NCBI GenBank assembly: GCA_044892505.1
Contig: CM097883.1
Location: forward strand, 153,698,001-153,762,000
Length of the DNA: 64,000 nt
Direction of reading: 5' to 3'
DNA from: Schmidtea nova
Taxonomy: Eukaryota
The position numbers and the translations under genes were made by a program. Below are positions 1 to 13,200 of this stretch, one piece after another. Below the pieces are notes generated by a model. The model saw only the letters and a list, made by a program, of their open reading frames with translations, did no database searches and was not told where the DNA came from. Position 1 is the stretch's first letter, and each line of letters opens with the position of its first letter.

Positions 1-385
1 ATGTTGAAGATAGACATTTGTTAGGTGACGATCGTGTATTCACACGAAACATTGTGTACAACGAAATTCTTTAGGCCAATCATAATAAGTTGAATAAAAT
101 TCTAAGTCAAAAGTTAACAACTTTTAAAAAAAAAAATATTTATTTTTTTTCAACTATTTAATACTAAAAAATGAAACTGCCAAAAGTGAAAAATTGACTT
201 TATGGGGCGCCTTGGCGCCTTAGAACAACCTAGTGTTATATAAGTTTGAATACATATTTCACAGCGTTGAGAACGCATATTGAAATTTCAATTTTTGATA
301 AAAATTAAGAGTGAAATATAGAGTTTTAAAAACTATTTTTAAACTATTGTTAAATTATTTTTAGTTAGGTTATATTTTTCATGCA

Positions 386-2820
386 CAGCTCCTATAATAT
401 AAAATGAAATTATACTAGAAATTTCAAACACTCACCTGTATGTTATCGGTGTGCTGACAACGAATAGGTTCCATGAAAAAACATAACAATGATAAAACAG
501 AACATAAGATTGTTTTTAAAACAATTTATTAATTGTTCGACGTAAAAACTTCTCTATTTTCATAGTCCTGAACAATTGATACTTGAATACAAAGAGCCGA
601 ATACTTTTTTTTTTGTAATTTCTGGGCGACCTGTTTGAAAATTAGCTAATATCAGTCGCTGGCAAGCTATATCCCTCCTCAATCCATCTAATAGGTTCCA
701 AATGCTTGGGTGACTACATTGGAACAGCGAAGTTAAAGCGTTGTGAAGCCCTCACAGCAATTTGTAGTCTTAAGACACCTTACTGCAGTAGCATCAAAAT
801 GATTCCAAATTTGAATTGGAAAGAGAGGTGAACTTCCGAAACAAATAGTATATAGTAAAATTAAAAATATTAAATAAACAAATAGTATTCCATGAATTAG
901 AATTTTTCTGTTTAATCATAGTTCTGTTTTTTGTTGTTTTTTCATCTTCTGTTTTATCCGGTTACCAAATGAGTAAAACCTTTTATTATGTGGTAGATAG
1001 AGGGTAGAAAAAATTTGTAAACCACAAAAAGGCATTATATAGTTAAAACTGCATACAAACTTTTAATGGGTCCAAATTTAATCAATCAATAGCACCCAAT
1101 AATAAATTTTACACACACAAGAAGTTCTACGGTGTATGTGATAGATAATGAGTAAGAAAAAATAAATTATACACAAACACAACACAATGAAAATTGCATG
1201 CAAACTTTTAAGGATACATTATTTTACGTAATTAAAAAGCCTATAATAAATTTATTTGTTTTTTAAATAGGGGTTTTGGGTATATATTTGAAATATTTCC
1301 TAGGGAAGTTGTCGAGAAAATGGATAGATAGCATCGGAAGTTATATTTTAATGAATTTTAATATAAAATCTCATATATTTCCGAAAATTATTTTGCAAAT
1401 TTTTCCGTTTTCAGAGGTCAAAAAATAATCCCGTCTAATTATTTTCAAATTATAGATAATTAAATATATTTACATTGCAATTTATATCTATTTGAAAAAA
1501 TTATTTCTTGGAATATTCAAAAGAAAATTTTTATTTAATATTAATTATGATAATAAATCTTAGTTAATCTTACGTCTAAAGTAAATAATTCCAAATATAT
1601 GTTAAAAAATCATCATTTCCTAGAAAATATTTTAAAATTAAATAATAAAATTGTAGAACAAAAATAATGGAAATATTCTGAGACTGATTTATTTCATTAA
1701 TAAACTATATTTTTACTTACGTTTTATGTAAAATATTTCCAAAAAACTTCATAAAAATCATATTTTCATACAAAGTAATTAAATATAAAATCAAAATAAT
1801 ATTGAAGCTTCTATAGCGTCTAATATCATTGTAAGATCAAAATAGAAGCCTTATAAGATCTATTGATAAATAAACTTACCTGATAGGCATTTAAAAAAAT
1901 GGCTAAATTTTGAAGTTAAATAATTATGAGTAACAAGTATTGTAGTTTTTTTTGAACTGCGAATTCAAGTGTACACCGTACAACGATGAATTGTATTTTC
2001 TATAAAACTAGTTGATGTGCATATGAATTTTTCACTCGTGAATTTTCTCTGTATTAAGTAAGAAATTAACTTGAATTTATTATTTAAATTTGACTTTTAC
2101 TAATTTATCAACATTATAAAGTATTTATATTCGTATAAAGTAAAAAACTAAAAAATTATTATTATTTTATTACATTAATAACATTAATCTCCAAAGATAT
2201 CTATTTTTTGCAGCATTTTGGAAAAAAAGCGGTGGATATGCTGATAATAATTTTTGAGATTTTTGTTTCCTTTTGTTATAATGCCAAATTTTTTTTACTG
2301 AAATATTATTGCTTTAATTGTGTTTTTTGGGATTCCTAACAATCTGCCAAATTGTTGGTAATCTTCCCCATTTCCAATGGTATTCACGATTTTAGTTTTG
2401 TCAGCTTCTGACAATCTGCTACAAAAAATGTTGATCCTTCAGAAATATCAGAATTTCTATAAAAAATTTAATTATTAAATAAAAAATAAATATTACAATA
2501 TGCCCTCTTGAAAAATATTTTTTTAATGATTTTGCTTTTAAAATTGATTTTATTTTAAAAATCGATAAAAATAATTAAAATGAAGAAACCAACTTTTATG
2601 TGTGTAAAATTTATTATTGGGTGCTATAGATTGATTAAATTTGCACCCATTAAAAGTTTGCATGCAGTTTTTATTATATAATGCCTTTTTATGGTTTACA
2701 AAATTTTTCTAACCTCTATCTACCACATAATACAAGGTATTCATTGTTAGCACACCGATAACACACAGGTGAGTGTTTGGAATTTCTATAGTATAATTTC
2801 ATTTTATATTATAGGAACTG
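386..2820 (-). mobile_element. Degenerate long-TIR DNA transposon, Tc1/IS630-like; left TIR split by a later insertion
   Basis: The reverse complement of ~2590-2820 matches 386-466 joined to 979-1126. Termini are CAG...CTG. Minus-strand peptide at ~2296-2420 (SRLSEADKTKIVNTIGNGEDYQQFGRLLGIPKNTIKAII) resembles the N-terminal HTH of Tc1/IS630-like transposases. No clean TA TSD. Confidence 0.65.
540..830 (-). mobile_element. Mutator-like (MULE) transposase C-terminal remnant within the 467-978 insertion
   Basis: Minus strand reads IWNHFDATAVRCLKTTNCCEGF, then after a 1-nt frameshift NALTSLFQCSHPSIWNLLDGLRRDIACQRLIL. This matches the animal MULE motif WN...RTNNxxEGxHN...HPSIW. Confidence 0.65.
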
Positions 2821-3152
2821 CTATTCATCATTGTACACTTTATAAAAGCTTTATTAAATTATCTGATAATCAACGCGTTATTTTTTAAATTGTGATTAGT
2901 GCAGTGCACACTTTAATCACAGTTTGTAATAAATTAAATATAAATATACGCTGGGAGTGATGTTATTTATTGATTTTTTAAGGCAATAAGAAGCCAGGAG
3001 AGAACCGATTTTATTTTATTTATCAATTTAAATCCAAAAATATTTGAAAATATGTGTAAAAATAAAATATTGTTTTTCAAAAATATCAAGTTCACACAAT
3101 AGTTGTGAAATTTTCTATTTTTTCTATTGATTTTATTATTAATTGTATTTAG

Positions 3153-3230
3153 CACAGGGTTCCCAAGGAATATCACGATATGGAGCCAAGAATAAATTTT
3201 ACTTTCCGGCACATTATTGCAGACAATTGA
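3153..3230 (+). CDS. ALKBH3: Terminal coding exon of an ALKBH3-like Fe(II)/2-oxoglutarate dioxygenase
   Basis: tttAG acceptor at 3151-3152, then HRVPKEYHDMEPRINFTFRHIIADN*. Closely resembles the vertebrate ALKBH3 C-terminus as recalled (HRVPKEYHSREPRVNLTFR), with the iron-ligand His and the RxxxxxR 2OG-binding motif. Upstream exons were not found in the window. Confidence 0.85.
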   Translation, partial: HRVPKEYHDMEPRINFTFRHIIADN

Positions 3231-3574
3231 TTAAATTATGCTTTAAATGTGTACCTATGGCAGAGGAATTTATTAATAATCAGAATTATCAATTTTTCAT
3301 CCATTTTTTGATTTAACATGCACAAATAATAGATTTTTTTCTACTTGATAATTGTTAGAGTTCTGTGTGTCAAGTAATGATTTGCTTCGATTTTTAAGTA
3401 TGAAATAAAATAGAAAATTCAAAATAAGTAAAAGTTTTCATCAAAATAAAAATTTTTAGAAAATCGTATGCATTAGAGTTTATAAATGCAACAAGTCGCA
3501 ATTATATTCTTAAAATTCAAATCCTCAGTTTACCTTTTTACCGCAAAGTTGTTAGAATTTTGAAATCAAACTAG

Positions 3575-3870
3575 TAAATCAAAAAAAAAATCTTTTTTCA
3601 AATCCATGCTTTATGCGAGCAGAACTCCACTTGGCTGAGAAATTTTTTTTTGTTATATTTTGTAGAAGGGAAAATTATATTACATTTTTCGTGTGTCCTC
3701 AAAAAAAATTTTTAAAAAAAAATTTGTTTTCAATTTCCATGTATTGTTACCGGAAGTGAGCAAGTGTGCAAAATTTGAAGTGAATCGGTTGAGAGAAAAG
3801 CACTAAAAATTGATTTGTAATTTTGTGGCACACACATATATAGAAAGCAACCTTATATAAAGCATGGAAA
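3575..3870. mobile_element. Short non-autonomous element, Helentron-associated (HINE/DINE-1-like) or MITE
   Basis: Perfect 12-bp subterminal inverted repeat TCCATGCTTTAT (3603-3614) / ATAAAGCATGGA (3857-3868), A/T-rich ends, and a core with caaaatttgaagtgaatcggttg followed by cacacatata. Confidence 0.45.
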
Positions 3871-4252
3871 AAAAATTTTATATTTAGTTATTAGTCATTA
3901 AACAATTATACGGAAGTCGTCACTAGAAATTAAGAAAATTGACTTATAACTTAGTATTTTATAGAAAAGTTTTAAAGGCTCTAGTGAAAGTTAATGTATC
4001 CAAAGTTCAAATTTGTAATGGAGGCGTAATAGAAGTTATAGAATAGAAAATTTAGATATTTCTAAAAAATACTCTTGGAAATTATACAATATGCTAAACA
4101 AACTATGATCAATTTTCAAAAAATGCGATTTCCATTATTAATTATTTTGCAACTTTTCAAGAGAAAAATGCGCTTTCTTTTTAGCAAATTTAAGAATGCT
4201 TTGACGAAAATTACAATAATTCTGGCGATTATAAAATCTTTAGAGCGATAGA

Positions 4253-4599
4253 TAAAGTGACCAGATATTTTTTATTGGAATGTGTGACATGTTAAATATA
4301 AAAAGCACATTAGCGGACAGAATTTTCTTAAATTTTTTTTCGTGCGTTAATATAAGGCATTAATTACTATAAATAAAATAAAATTTACTTCCAGTAAATT
4401 AATTCTCCATAACAAAAACTTAAGTTCATAATAAAGTGATAAATTAATAGAAAAGCGGTATCTAATATGAAGTAGAGGAAAAAGAAAATTTGCGAAAATG
4501 TTAAAATTGGACATGTCTAATGCGGGACAGTTTTTAGTGAGGGACAAACAACTCAAATCAGGGACAGTCTCGCATAATCCGGGACGTCTGGTCACTTTA
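4253..4599. mobile_element. hAT-type MITE
   Basis: TIR TAAAGTGACCAGA / TCTGGTCACTTTA, perfect 8-bp TSD GCGATAGA (4245-4252 and 4600-4607), and several subterminal GGGACA/GGGACG motifs. Confidence 0.9.
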
Positions 4600-5699
4600 G
4601 CGATAGAGAAACTGCTTCTTTTATATCCAAAGGATGTCCTCCCTGTGTGGATTCCGGGAAAATCCATGGTGTGCAAAAGAAAAACTTAGTAGAAGAGCTG
4701 GCGCTTTCGATCAGCCAATCCAAATGTCATCGTATTATGTTTTCCATTTGATTTCAATATTTAAATTCATAGGAAATATCAATCTGCTATGCAGTGAACT
4801 GTGTTCTTATTATTCTCACTTAATGAAGAGAAGATGGTGGTGGATATTAACCGTTGGCTATTCTTAGCTATATGGCAACTATACTCGTTGTATTTCAGAG
4901 GAAAAGAAGCGAAATATTTTGTTTTTTACAAGGAAATCAATGAAACAACATTTACAGAATGGATTATAATTTATAGAGTCAAGTTTATATTTTATAAAAT
5001 ACTGAAAATTTGTCAATAGCAAAGTTTCCTCGTAGCTAGGTGACAGGAGAATAATAACTGTCTTACTATTTTTTGAGTTTTAACTACTTTTAATGAAATT
5101 CGAAACAGTTTTTAGGAATAATTTTTAGAAAATAAATGTGCCTCTTCTAATTACCCCTTCTACCTGTTTTCCACATTTGAACATCCTTATCCCTCACCCT
5201 TTATGGGCATTCTTTATGGGTAATCATTTATGTGAATGTAATTTTTTTGTTTCCTAAAAGTATTGAATATACTTTGGGTATTTTTATGCCGCTAACTTTG
5301 AAAATGACTTCAATTCTATCGTTTGTATTGGATCCTAGCTAAATACATTCAAGTTCGGGACCAGGATATTTTGTTTGTTATAACCGGGAAATAGGCTAAA
5401 CTAAATGAAAAACTTTAAATACACGGTTGCGTCATAGATTTCAACTTATAGTCTCTTATATTTCTTCTGATGACAGAGATTGCCGTAAAAACTGATTCGA
5501 GTGATTTGTGTTATTCGATTTTTGTTATACTTTGAAAGTTGTGTTAGAATTTCCAAAGCTGCTTGAGCCTATGAATACGAAACAACTGGAATCATTTCTT
5601 CGACACTGTCAGCTTTTTTTCATTGTCTTTTTTATGAAGAATTGATTGAAGAACATCTTCCTCTTACAGGATTCCAGATGTTACTAAATCATCATCAAC

Positions 5700-6860
5700 A
5701 TGAACAAAGTCATCCAAGTCTTTAACATGAGAAAAATTGTTAATTCTTTTCAATTGTTACCACCACGACAAAGTAGAGTTTTCCTCATCCAAATCTTCCT
5801 CGCCAAAACCCTCATTTGCTGAAACTCTAAATTTAAATCAGATTTCTTGAAAAAGTTTGAAATTTTAAAAGGTTTGATACTGTCCCAAGCGTCATTTATG
5901 CGAATTGCATCCAGGACAGTTATTTTGTCATCATTTCCAGTCTCCTTTCTTTCAATCAATAGGAAACAAGAAATCTTCTGAAAAAATCTTTTAAATATTT
6001 GATTACCCCCTATCCATTGGCTGCAAGATTGAAGTTGCATTTAGTGGAAGAAAATCCAATTCGATATTGGTTAGACTATGAATTTTGGATGAGCAGGACA
6101 GTTGTCAACAAATAGTAAAATCTTTCTTCTTTTGTTTCCAACTCTCTGTTCCACTTTCTCAAGTAATTTTTAAAGATTTCAGAGGTCAATTGTGCTTTCT
6201 GGTTTGATGTATACTCAACAGGTAGTTTTATAACATTTTTGAAACATCGCGGATTTTGCAATTTTCACATTACATAAAGTTGTTTTTGTCTGTTCCAGTC
6301 ATGTTTGTACAAACCAAAACAGCCATACGGTTCCTAATTTTTTCCACCTACACATTTTCATTTTGGAATTTAAAAGTAATTTCGGGTGTTAGGTTGTTAA
6401 ACAATCATGTTTCATCTGCATTATAAATGTCCTCCTCGTTAAAATCTTTTTTTTAGATTAAGCCAAATTGANNNNNNNNNNNNNNNNNNNNNNNNNNNNN
6501 NNNNNNNNNNNNNNNNNNNNNNNNNNNNNNNNNNNNNNNNNNNNNNNNNNNNNNNNNNNNNNNNNNNNNNNNNNNNNNNNNNNNNNNNNNNNNNNNNNNN
6601 NNNNNNNNNNNNNNNNNNNNNNNNNTTATGCATAGACAATATTGTTTTTGAAGCGATCAAGACATCCATTACTGCATGTAAAATCATCAAGCCCCCAATT
6701 GGCTGACAAACTTTTCTGACTGAATCTTTAAAATTGGACCGTTAATTAGGTATCCAGAATCTCTCTGCACTTAAAACCATTGAAGCAATGCTTGATCAAC
6801 ATCACTTCTTTCACAGGTTTTTAATTTTTGCAGTTTGGAGGATGGCAATTTAATACTGAT
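5700..6860 (-). mobile_element. pogo/Tigger (CENP-B HTH + DDE_1) transposase pseudogene spanning a gap
   Basis: Minus-strand pieces VDQALLQWF..NGPIL..FTCSNGCLDRFK, DIYNADET, QNPRCFKNVIKLPVEYTSNQKA and AWDSIKP..ISNFFKK. Many stops and frameshifts. Termini not resolved. Confidence 0.85.
6472..6625. other. Assembly gap (others: 10227-10378, 22136-22392, 51298-51638, 59438-59694)
   Basis: Runs of N. Confidence 1.
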
Positions 6861-8495
6861 AAAAGTATCTATAAAATAACTCAAACCGAATCAAAGCTGC
6901 TATGAGTTCATTATAAACGGGAGTTTCTTAGAACTGAATTCGTTAGAACCGATTTTGACTTTATTAATTAATCTTTGTACATTTTGTGTCATTCATTGGA
7001 AACCTATAATTAATAGTCAGTACTATTATGTTTTTATAGGTTGTTTACAAAATTTATTATAATTTAGTATACTTATTTAGTTATGTTTTTAAATAGGTAA
7101 TTCGTGCAATGTTTATTGTTGCCATCTAAAGTCATTTTTGTTACGTTTATTGGAAATATATTCGAACAGAACAGGAAAAATATAACTTAATTTTTTGAAA
7201 ATCTTTAAAGCATATTATGCTTGTTTTCTAATTAATCTTTGTGATCAAGAAAAGTGTGGGGCTTTCGGAAATTAACAATGGGAAAGAGAAAATGTTTGAT
7301 GTTCGTGTGTCTATGGTACGGAGATAGTAACAAAATCACCATGACGATTGCTATTTTTCTTTGATCGACGTTGGGATATATGATCAATTTAAACTAAGAT
7401 AGAGTATTTTATCATTTATATCAAACTTGTTTTGTTTAAGCAGACCATGAAAGCTTTGAAAAAGGATGATTAATGCTTCATAGACGTATGTAAGATATTA
7501 TAGATGAGGGTAGGACAAATTAACCGATTTCACAAATTTCCAAACTTTAAGACATTTTCTGGATAAAGAATAAATATCTTAAAAGTAGAATAAAGGATTG
7601 CTAAGACTGATAGATTCGAATTCAACTTAATAAAATTATCTACAGTTCTGTGATTAAATGCAATAAAACAAGTATTGACCAGTGTTAGCAGTTTATAGCC
7701 CACTTGTGTGGATGGCAGCTAGAGTCGATGCTTTCAGATGGGATATGAGTACTAGCAGAAGTATTTTGGTGATATAGGTTACTGCATCAGCCGCTTGCTT
7801 CAAGGATGTCTCTAGCTCTAGCCCTATCTCTAGGCTAAGCATGGTCTTCTATAACGACAGACTGAATGAGGCTATTGCAAAAGTTCATGTGTACTAAATT
7901 CAGCCGCTTTTGCATGCATAATACAATTAGGAGTATGAGCGGATTATGTGATCAACCTCAGTCACTCTGACCTAGACTTATGTGTTATTGTTAGCACCTT
8001 TATAATAATATATTATCCAGCGTGAATTGTTCAAATTACAAAAGAATAATAAATCCATACACTCAATTTTCTATTTGAAAATATTCAACATACTGTAATA
8101 CGTAACAGGCTTAGAATACAAAGCTACGACTCAGTCTTCTTAAAGGTTCTTTCCAACCCTCGTTCTCTTTTCGAACATCCTTTGTGAACAACGCCAAAAT
8201 TTATTACATATAAATTTTATTAATTATTGTGAATACTTCAGTAACATTCCATATTTTATGAGATATTGTTTTGAATTATTTTACTTAATGTGGCTTTACA
8301 ATATAAAATCTAAATAAATGAAAGTTTTTAAAATAAAATCTTTAAATATCATTACTTCAAAGACATTAAAAATGTATCTGCTTCTACATTCAGAAAATCA
8401 AAAGCAGTAAAAGAACTTGGAGAAAGAAATTAAGATAATTTAACAAAATTTGCCAGTGGAAAATTAATCTCACATACTGATGGCAGATTCTAGGA

Positions 8496-9590
8496 CAGGG
8501 ATGGAGAAACTTTTCGTATCAAAGTGCCATTTTTCTAAAGAAATGTTTAATAAGGTCATAGACGTTCCATAAAATTTTGGAATTTTTGATTATTGGGAAA
8601 ATAATTATAAAGAATACTATCGACTCAAAACTCTTTATTTACTACAAAAATAGGAACATTTAGTAATGTTTCAATTGTACGCATAATTCTGTTGTTGCAG
8701 ATTAGATGACAAATAACATATGTTAGGGTTGTAAGATGTTACTTTTAACTGAATGCATGCTGAACTGGAGTCATCTGTCAAACAGTTTCTAACCGAGTTT
8801 TTAATGTTATTCATTTCTGAAAATAATGACTCACAGGCATATGTTGATGAGAATATTGGTAAAATAGCATGAGCCAGCTTCTTCAAACAATTAAATGTGT
8901 TTGGTAACGCATTCCATGTTTCCAGAATTTTGATATTAGCATTTTCACTTATATTACTTGTCAATTTTTCTGTTTCAATTAATTCTAACTCTTTCCTTGT
9001 TTCAATAATTTTCTGAATCCATATTGAACTAGACAGGAAATCAATCAGCTGCATTTCAAATTCTTCAATTTCCAGCCAATCGAATTGGGAAAAATTCAGT
9101 TTATCAAATGACGTCACATCAGGGTACATAATAAACTTGAGTATTTACGATAATTCTTTGAACTGAGAAAATCTGCATGAAAATTCCTTGAATAAAGAAT
9201 CAATCACAGAAATATATTCTTCAGTCATTTGGTCTTTGTTTGGTTTCTCATGTATTTCCAAATCGTTGATATATATTTTCAAATTTGAAAATACTTGTAG
9301 TTTCTTGTGATAATATCGTTCCTGAAAACTTGCAGTTTAGCCTCAAAAGCGCAGATGAGGTCTATCATGACGATAATTGTTTTATTTATGCCTTGAAGCT
9401 TCATGTTTAACTTATTTAAATGTTGGCATATGTCTGTAAAAACATCTTTTTTGAAAGCCACATAACATCCAACCACTGTGAGTATTCTTCAATTTCCCCC
9501 TCATTTTGCAGAAACAGTCTGATTTCTTGCAAGCAATCAACAAATCTATGAGTTGACTGCCTCAAAATCAAACTATGTGTATATTACATG
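8496..9590 (-). mobile_element. hAT transposase 3' part (EPM2AIP1/GTF2IRD2-like), 5'-truncated
   Basis: ORFs 8671-9129 and 9279-9476 carry FTDICQHLNKLNMKLQG and the hATC dimerisation motif FSSTYACESLFSEMNNIK. A hAT-like terminus CAGGGATGGAGAAAC starts at 8496. Confidence 0.85.
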
Positions 9591-10062
9591 ATCATATTTG
9601 CGTTACGTAACAGATATAGTTACGTAATCGTTATATAATGCTCGGGGTTTACATAGCACACCTGGTTATTACACAATATTTCCCGGCCTTTTACACATCA
9701 TACGAGTTATTGTACAACAATTACATAATCGAGGTCAAGGACATTACGTAATCAGGGTTAACAGTCAAGGTAATTTTTGTTATCATTTTATTTTCTTGCG
9801 CAATTTTTGAATTTTACCGACGTTTTGAATTTTTGTTTAAATAAATTAAATATTTAATTTTTTGGCGCAATTTACAAAATTTTTTAAATTTTTAATAATA
9901 TTTTTTACTATTAATATTTTATATGTGTTATTTTATTTAATATTATTTTTATAATTATTTTTATTACAATTATAATTACAATTACTATTATTTTTTATTA
10001 TATTTTTACATGTACAATTTATTATTATTTCACTTATTATTATTTATTACTACTATTATACA

Positions 10063-10065
<3 letters not shown>

Positions 10066-10143
<78 letters not shown>
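10066..10143. repeat. (TTA)n microsatellite
   Basis: Direct reading. Similar tracts at ~45803-45890 and ~60625-60675. Confidence 0.95.
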
Positions 10144-10144
<1 letters not shown>

Positions 10145-11244
10145 TTTAAATTAATCAATAAATAAGTAACAAAATAAGCTTTTGCTGCAAAAATAATTTT
10201 ATTAAGTGAGAAAATTTGTGATTATANNNNNNNNNNNNNNNNNNNNNNNNNNNNNNNNNNNNNNNNNNNNNNNNNNNNNNNNNNNNNNNNNNNNNNNNNN
10301 NNNNNNNNNNNNNNNNNNNNNNNNNNNNNNNNNNNNNNNNNNNNNNNNNNNNNNNNNNNNNNNNNNNNNNNNNNNNNNTATCAAGAAAAGAAGAGAGAAG
10401 ACAAAGAACATGTACTTTAATATTGCCAGTTCTAAAGAGTGGTGATTAAATGCCTGCATTTATAAGACACGCTGGGCAAGTAATCGCGTCCATAAGGGTC
10501 GTCGGTGCCTCCCCAAAGTGGAGTCAATAGGACCTGGGAACTAATAGTTCGCTATCTATAGCGATCATGTCTCGGATAACGAAGGATAGCCAGCTATCAA
10601 GACATCATCCACAACGTAGTGTTTCATACGCCATGAATGTGTCAGCAAGATATATATCTACTTATTTGTGAATATTTTGTAAGTTTAAAGCTTATTTCTT
10701 TAATTTTATTAATTGACCAATTGCTGTCATTTTCGCAGACTTAAGTAATTTTTTCACTTAATATAGCAATACCTTCATCTACAAAGATATCACTCAAGGG
10801 TTTTGCAGAATTTGATATTATAAAAGATTGAAATTGCCCATTTTTTCAAATTCTACTTCAATTCAGAATTGTACTTTTACATACCCCATTTTGGAAATAA
10901 CTGAATTAAATTTATTTAATAAAGGCGAAGGAATAATTAATTAATTTAAATTTAAAGAATTCACATATTTTAACAATGGCATGAGATTTTTTCAAATTAT
11001 ATATAACCCAAGGTTCAACAGAACCGCAATATTGGACAACATGTAAATTAGGAATAACTTAAACATCGTCATTTGGTGAATGAACATCTTCATCATCGGA
11101 TATTACAATTATATTTGATGGTTTAGGACCAATGGTAACGTTTCTTCGTTTACTTTTAATGTGAAGAATTAATGTGAAGACTTTTCTTAGTGCATGAGAA
11201 TTGATTTAAATGAAGATAATGTTGGAAATAAAAATCAATGTATG

Positions 11245-11375
11245 TTATATTTTGGGCGCTCTTACAGGTGGAACATAAATAGAAGGTGACTTGGTTGTTT
11301 ATAAGGCGATAGTATCGTTCCATTAATTTGTAGCAGTCGTTATGATTTGACGACTTACAATAATTCGCATAGAAA
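11245..11375 (-). pseudogene. PHD-finger-like remnant (C-terminal half)
   Basis: Minus strand reads YCKSSNHNDCYKLMERYYRLINNQVTFYLCSTCK. A 1-nt shift restores CELC, giving CxxC-x4-H-x2-C...CxxC, as in transposon-associated PHD fingers. Confidence 0.4.
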
Positions 11376-12540
11376 TTACCTTAAATTTGAAATATCTTTA
11401 AATTTATCAAAAAATCATTAAAACAAATTAATAAAAATATGAATTATTAGAAAATAAATATGAAATTTAAGATAAATATTATATAAATATAATAATTACT
11501 AAAATAATTTATATTTAATATAAAACGTATTACAAAATAATATTAAAGGAATTTGTTTAAATTAACTATTTATGTAAAGTAAAGATTATTTAAATTATTA
11601 CAAAATATTATCAAAATTTACAAATATTTACAAAATTTACAAATATTTTACTAATTTTATTTACAAAATTAATTAAAATAATTTCAAAATATAATCAAAT
11701 TCATTAAAATCAATCAAAACTTAGATTGGACATTCAATACCACATCAGGTATAACCCTATTATTTATAATATTACTAACAATCTTAGCTTGTACGGTAGT
11801 TTGTTCACTCATATTTACATCAACTAAAGTAAAAATTAAATAATATACTAAGTTAATGATTAAGTACCATTTTCTTTCGCATTTTCTAAAATCGATTTCC
11901 CAATTGAATTATTGATATTACCTAAATTAATACTAAATGATAATAAATTAAAAAATAAATTTACCTTTTTCTTTGTCACTTAACTTTTCGTTCATAAAAC
12001 TTGTTATAATGTTCATTTTAAATGTTTTATATTTGTTAAAGTGAATAATGAATGAAAAATTATTGTTTATATATCAAAGTTATTACACCCATAACTTTTA
12101 ACCAATACAAATGGAGTAAGGGGTAGGAAATTTATTCTTATCAGCCAATCAGAATAGAGTAAGAGGCAGTAAAAGTATTATTATTATCAATTCAAGTTCA
12201 AAAAAATTATAGAGAATTATGACTAAATATAGATTACGTTGCAATATTTTTAAACACTAAATAATTTTTTAAAACACGATTTGACGCTATTATTTAGTTA
12301 AAATCATATTATTTCAAATAATTATAATTTACATCAAATTTAAATATTTTTTTAATGAATTGCATGTATGTTATATGATTAAAATATATTAGACTAAATA
12401 TTTCAGTGAATTACATCTAAATTATATTACATTTCAGTTATTTCGTCAGTTATAAAATTTATTTTAATTATTTTTATTAAATACATTAGAATTGTCAAAC
12501 ACACACAAAACTTTTATAATTTTCATTAGTATATGATAGA

Positions 12541-13200
12541 AAATTAAATTAAATCTACACATGATTACAATAAATAGTCGATAAATCTATGCTAAATAGC
12601 CGAAAAAACAGTATTTTATTACGAAACACGTGTGCATCACAAACATATCGATATACCTAATTTTCAATAAAGCTATTTTGTAGACAATTAAATTATATCT
12701 AAATGTAATTACAATGAAAACTCACTAAAGTTACTTTAGATAGCTTAAAATGCCCAAATTAATAACAAAACACATGTGTAACACGAAAAACGACAACTTT
12801 CAGATTTCTAATCAAGCCATTTTGTAGAAAATTAAATTTTATCTCTACAATATTGCAATGAAAACTTATTAAAGTTACTTTATATAGACGAAATATGGAA
12901 ATTTAAGTACAAAACATGTGTGTATAAGCACACCAACAAACCAAATTTTTAATCAAGCCTTTCTATAGAAAATTAAAATTTATCTATATTTAATTACAAT
13001 GAAAACTCACTAAAGTTACTTTAGATAGCTTAAAATGTTAAAATTAATGACAAAACACGTGTGTAACGCAAAATACGACAACTTTCAGATTTCTAATACA
13101 GCCATTTTGTAGACAAATAAATTACATCTATACTTTATTACAATGAAAACTCAATAATTTTATTTTATATACATGAAAAATGCAAAATTAATTACACACT
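12541..13200. repeat. Diverged tandem array, about 4.5 units of 141-144 bp
   Basis: Unit starts at ~12541, 12686, 12830, 12971 and 13115. Shared motifs attacaatgaaaactc, aaacacRtgtgt and ttttgtaga. Confidence 0.9.
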
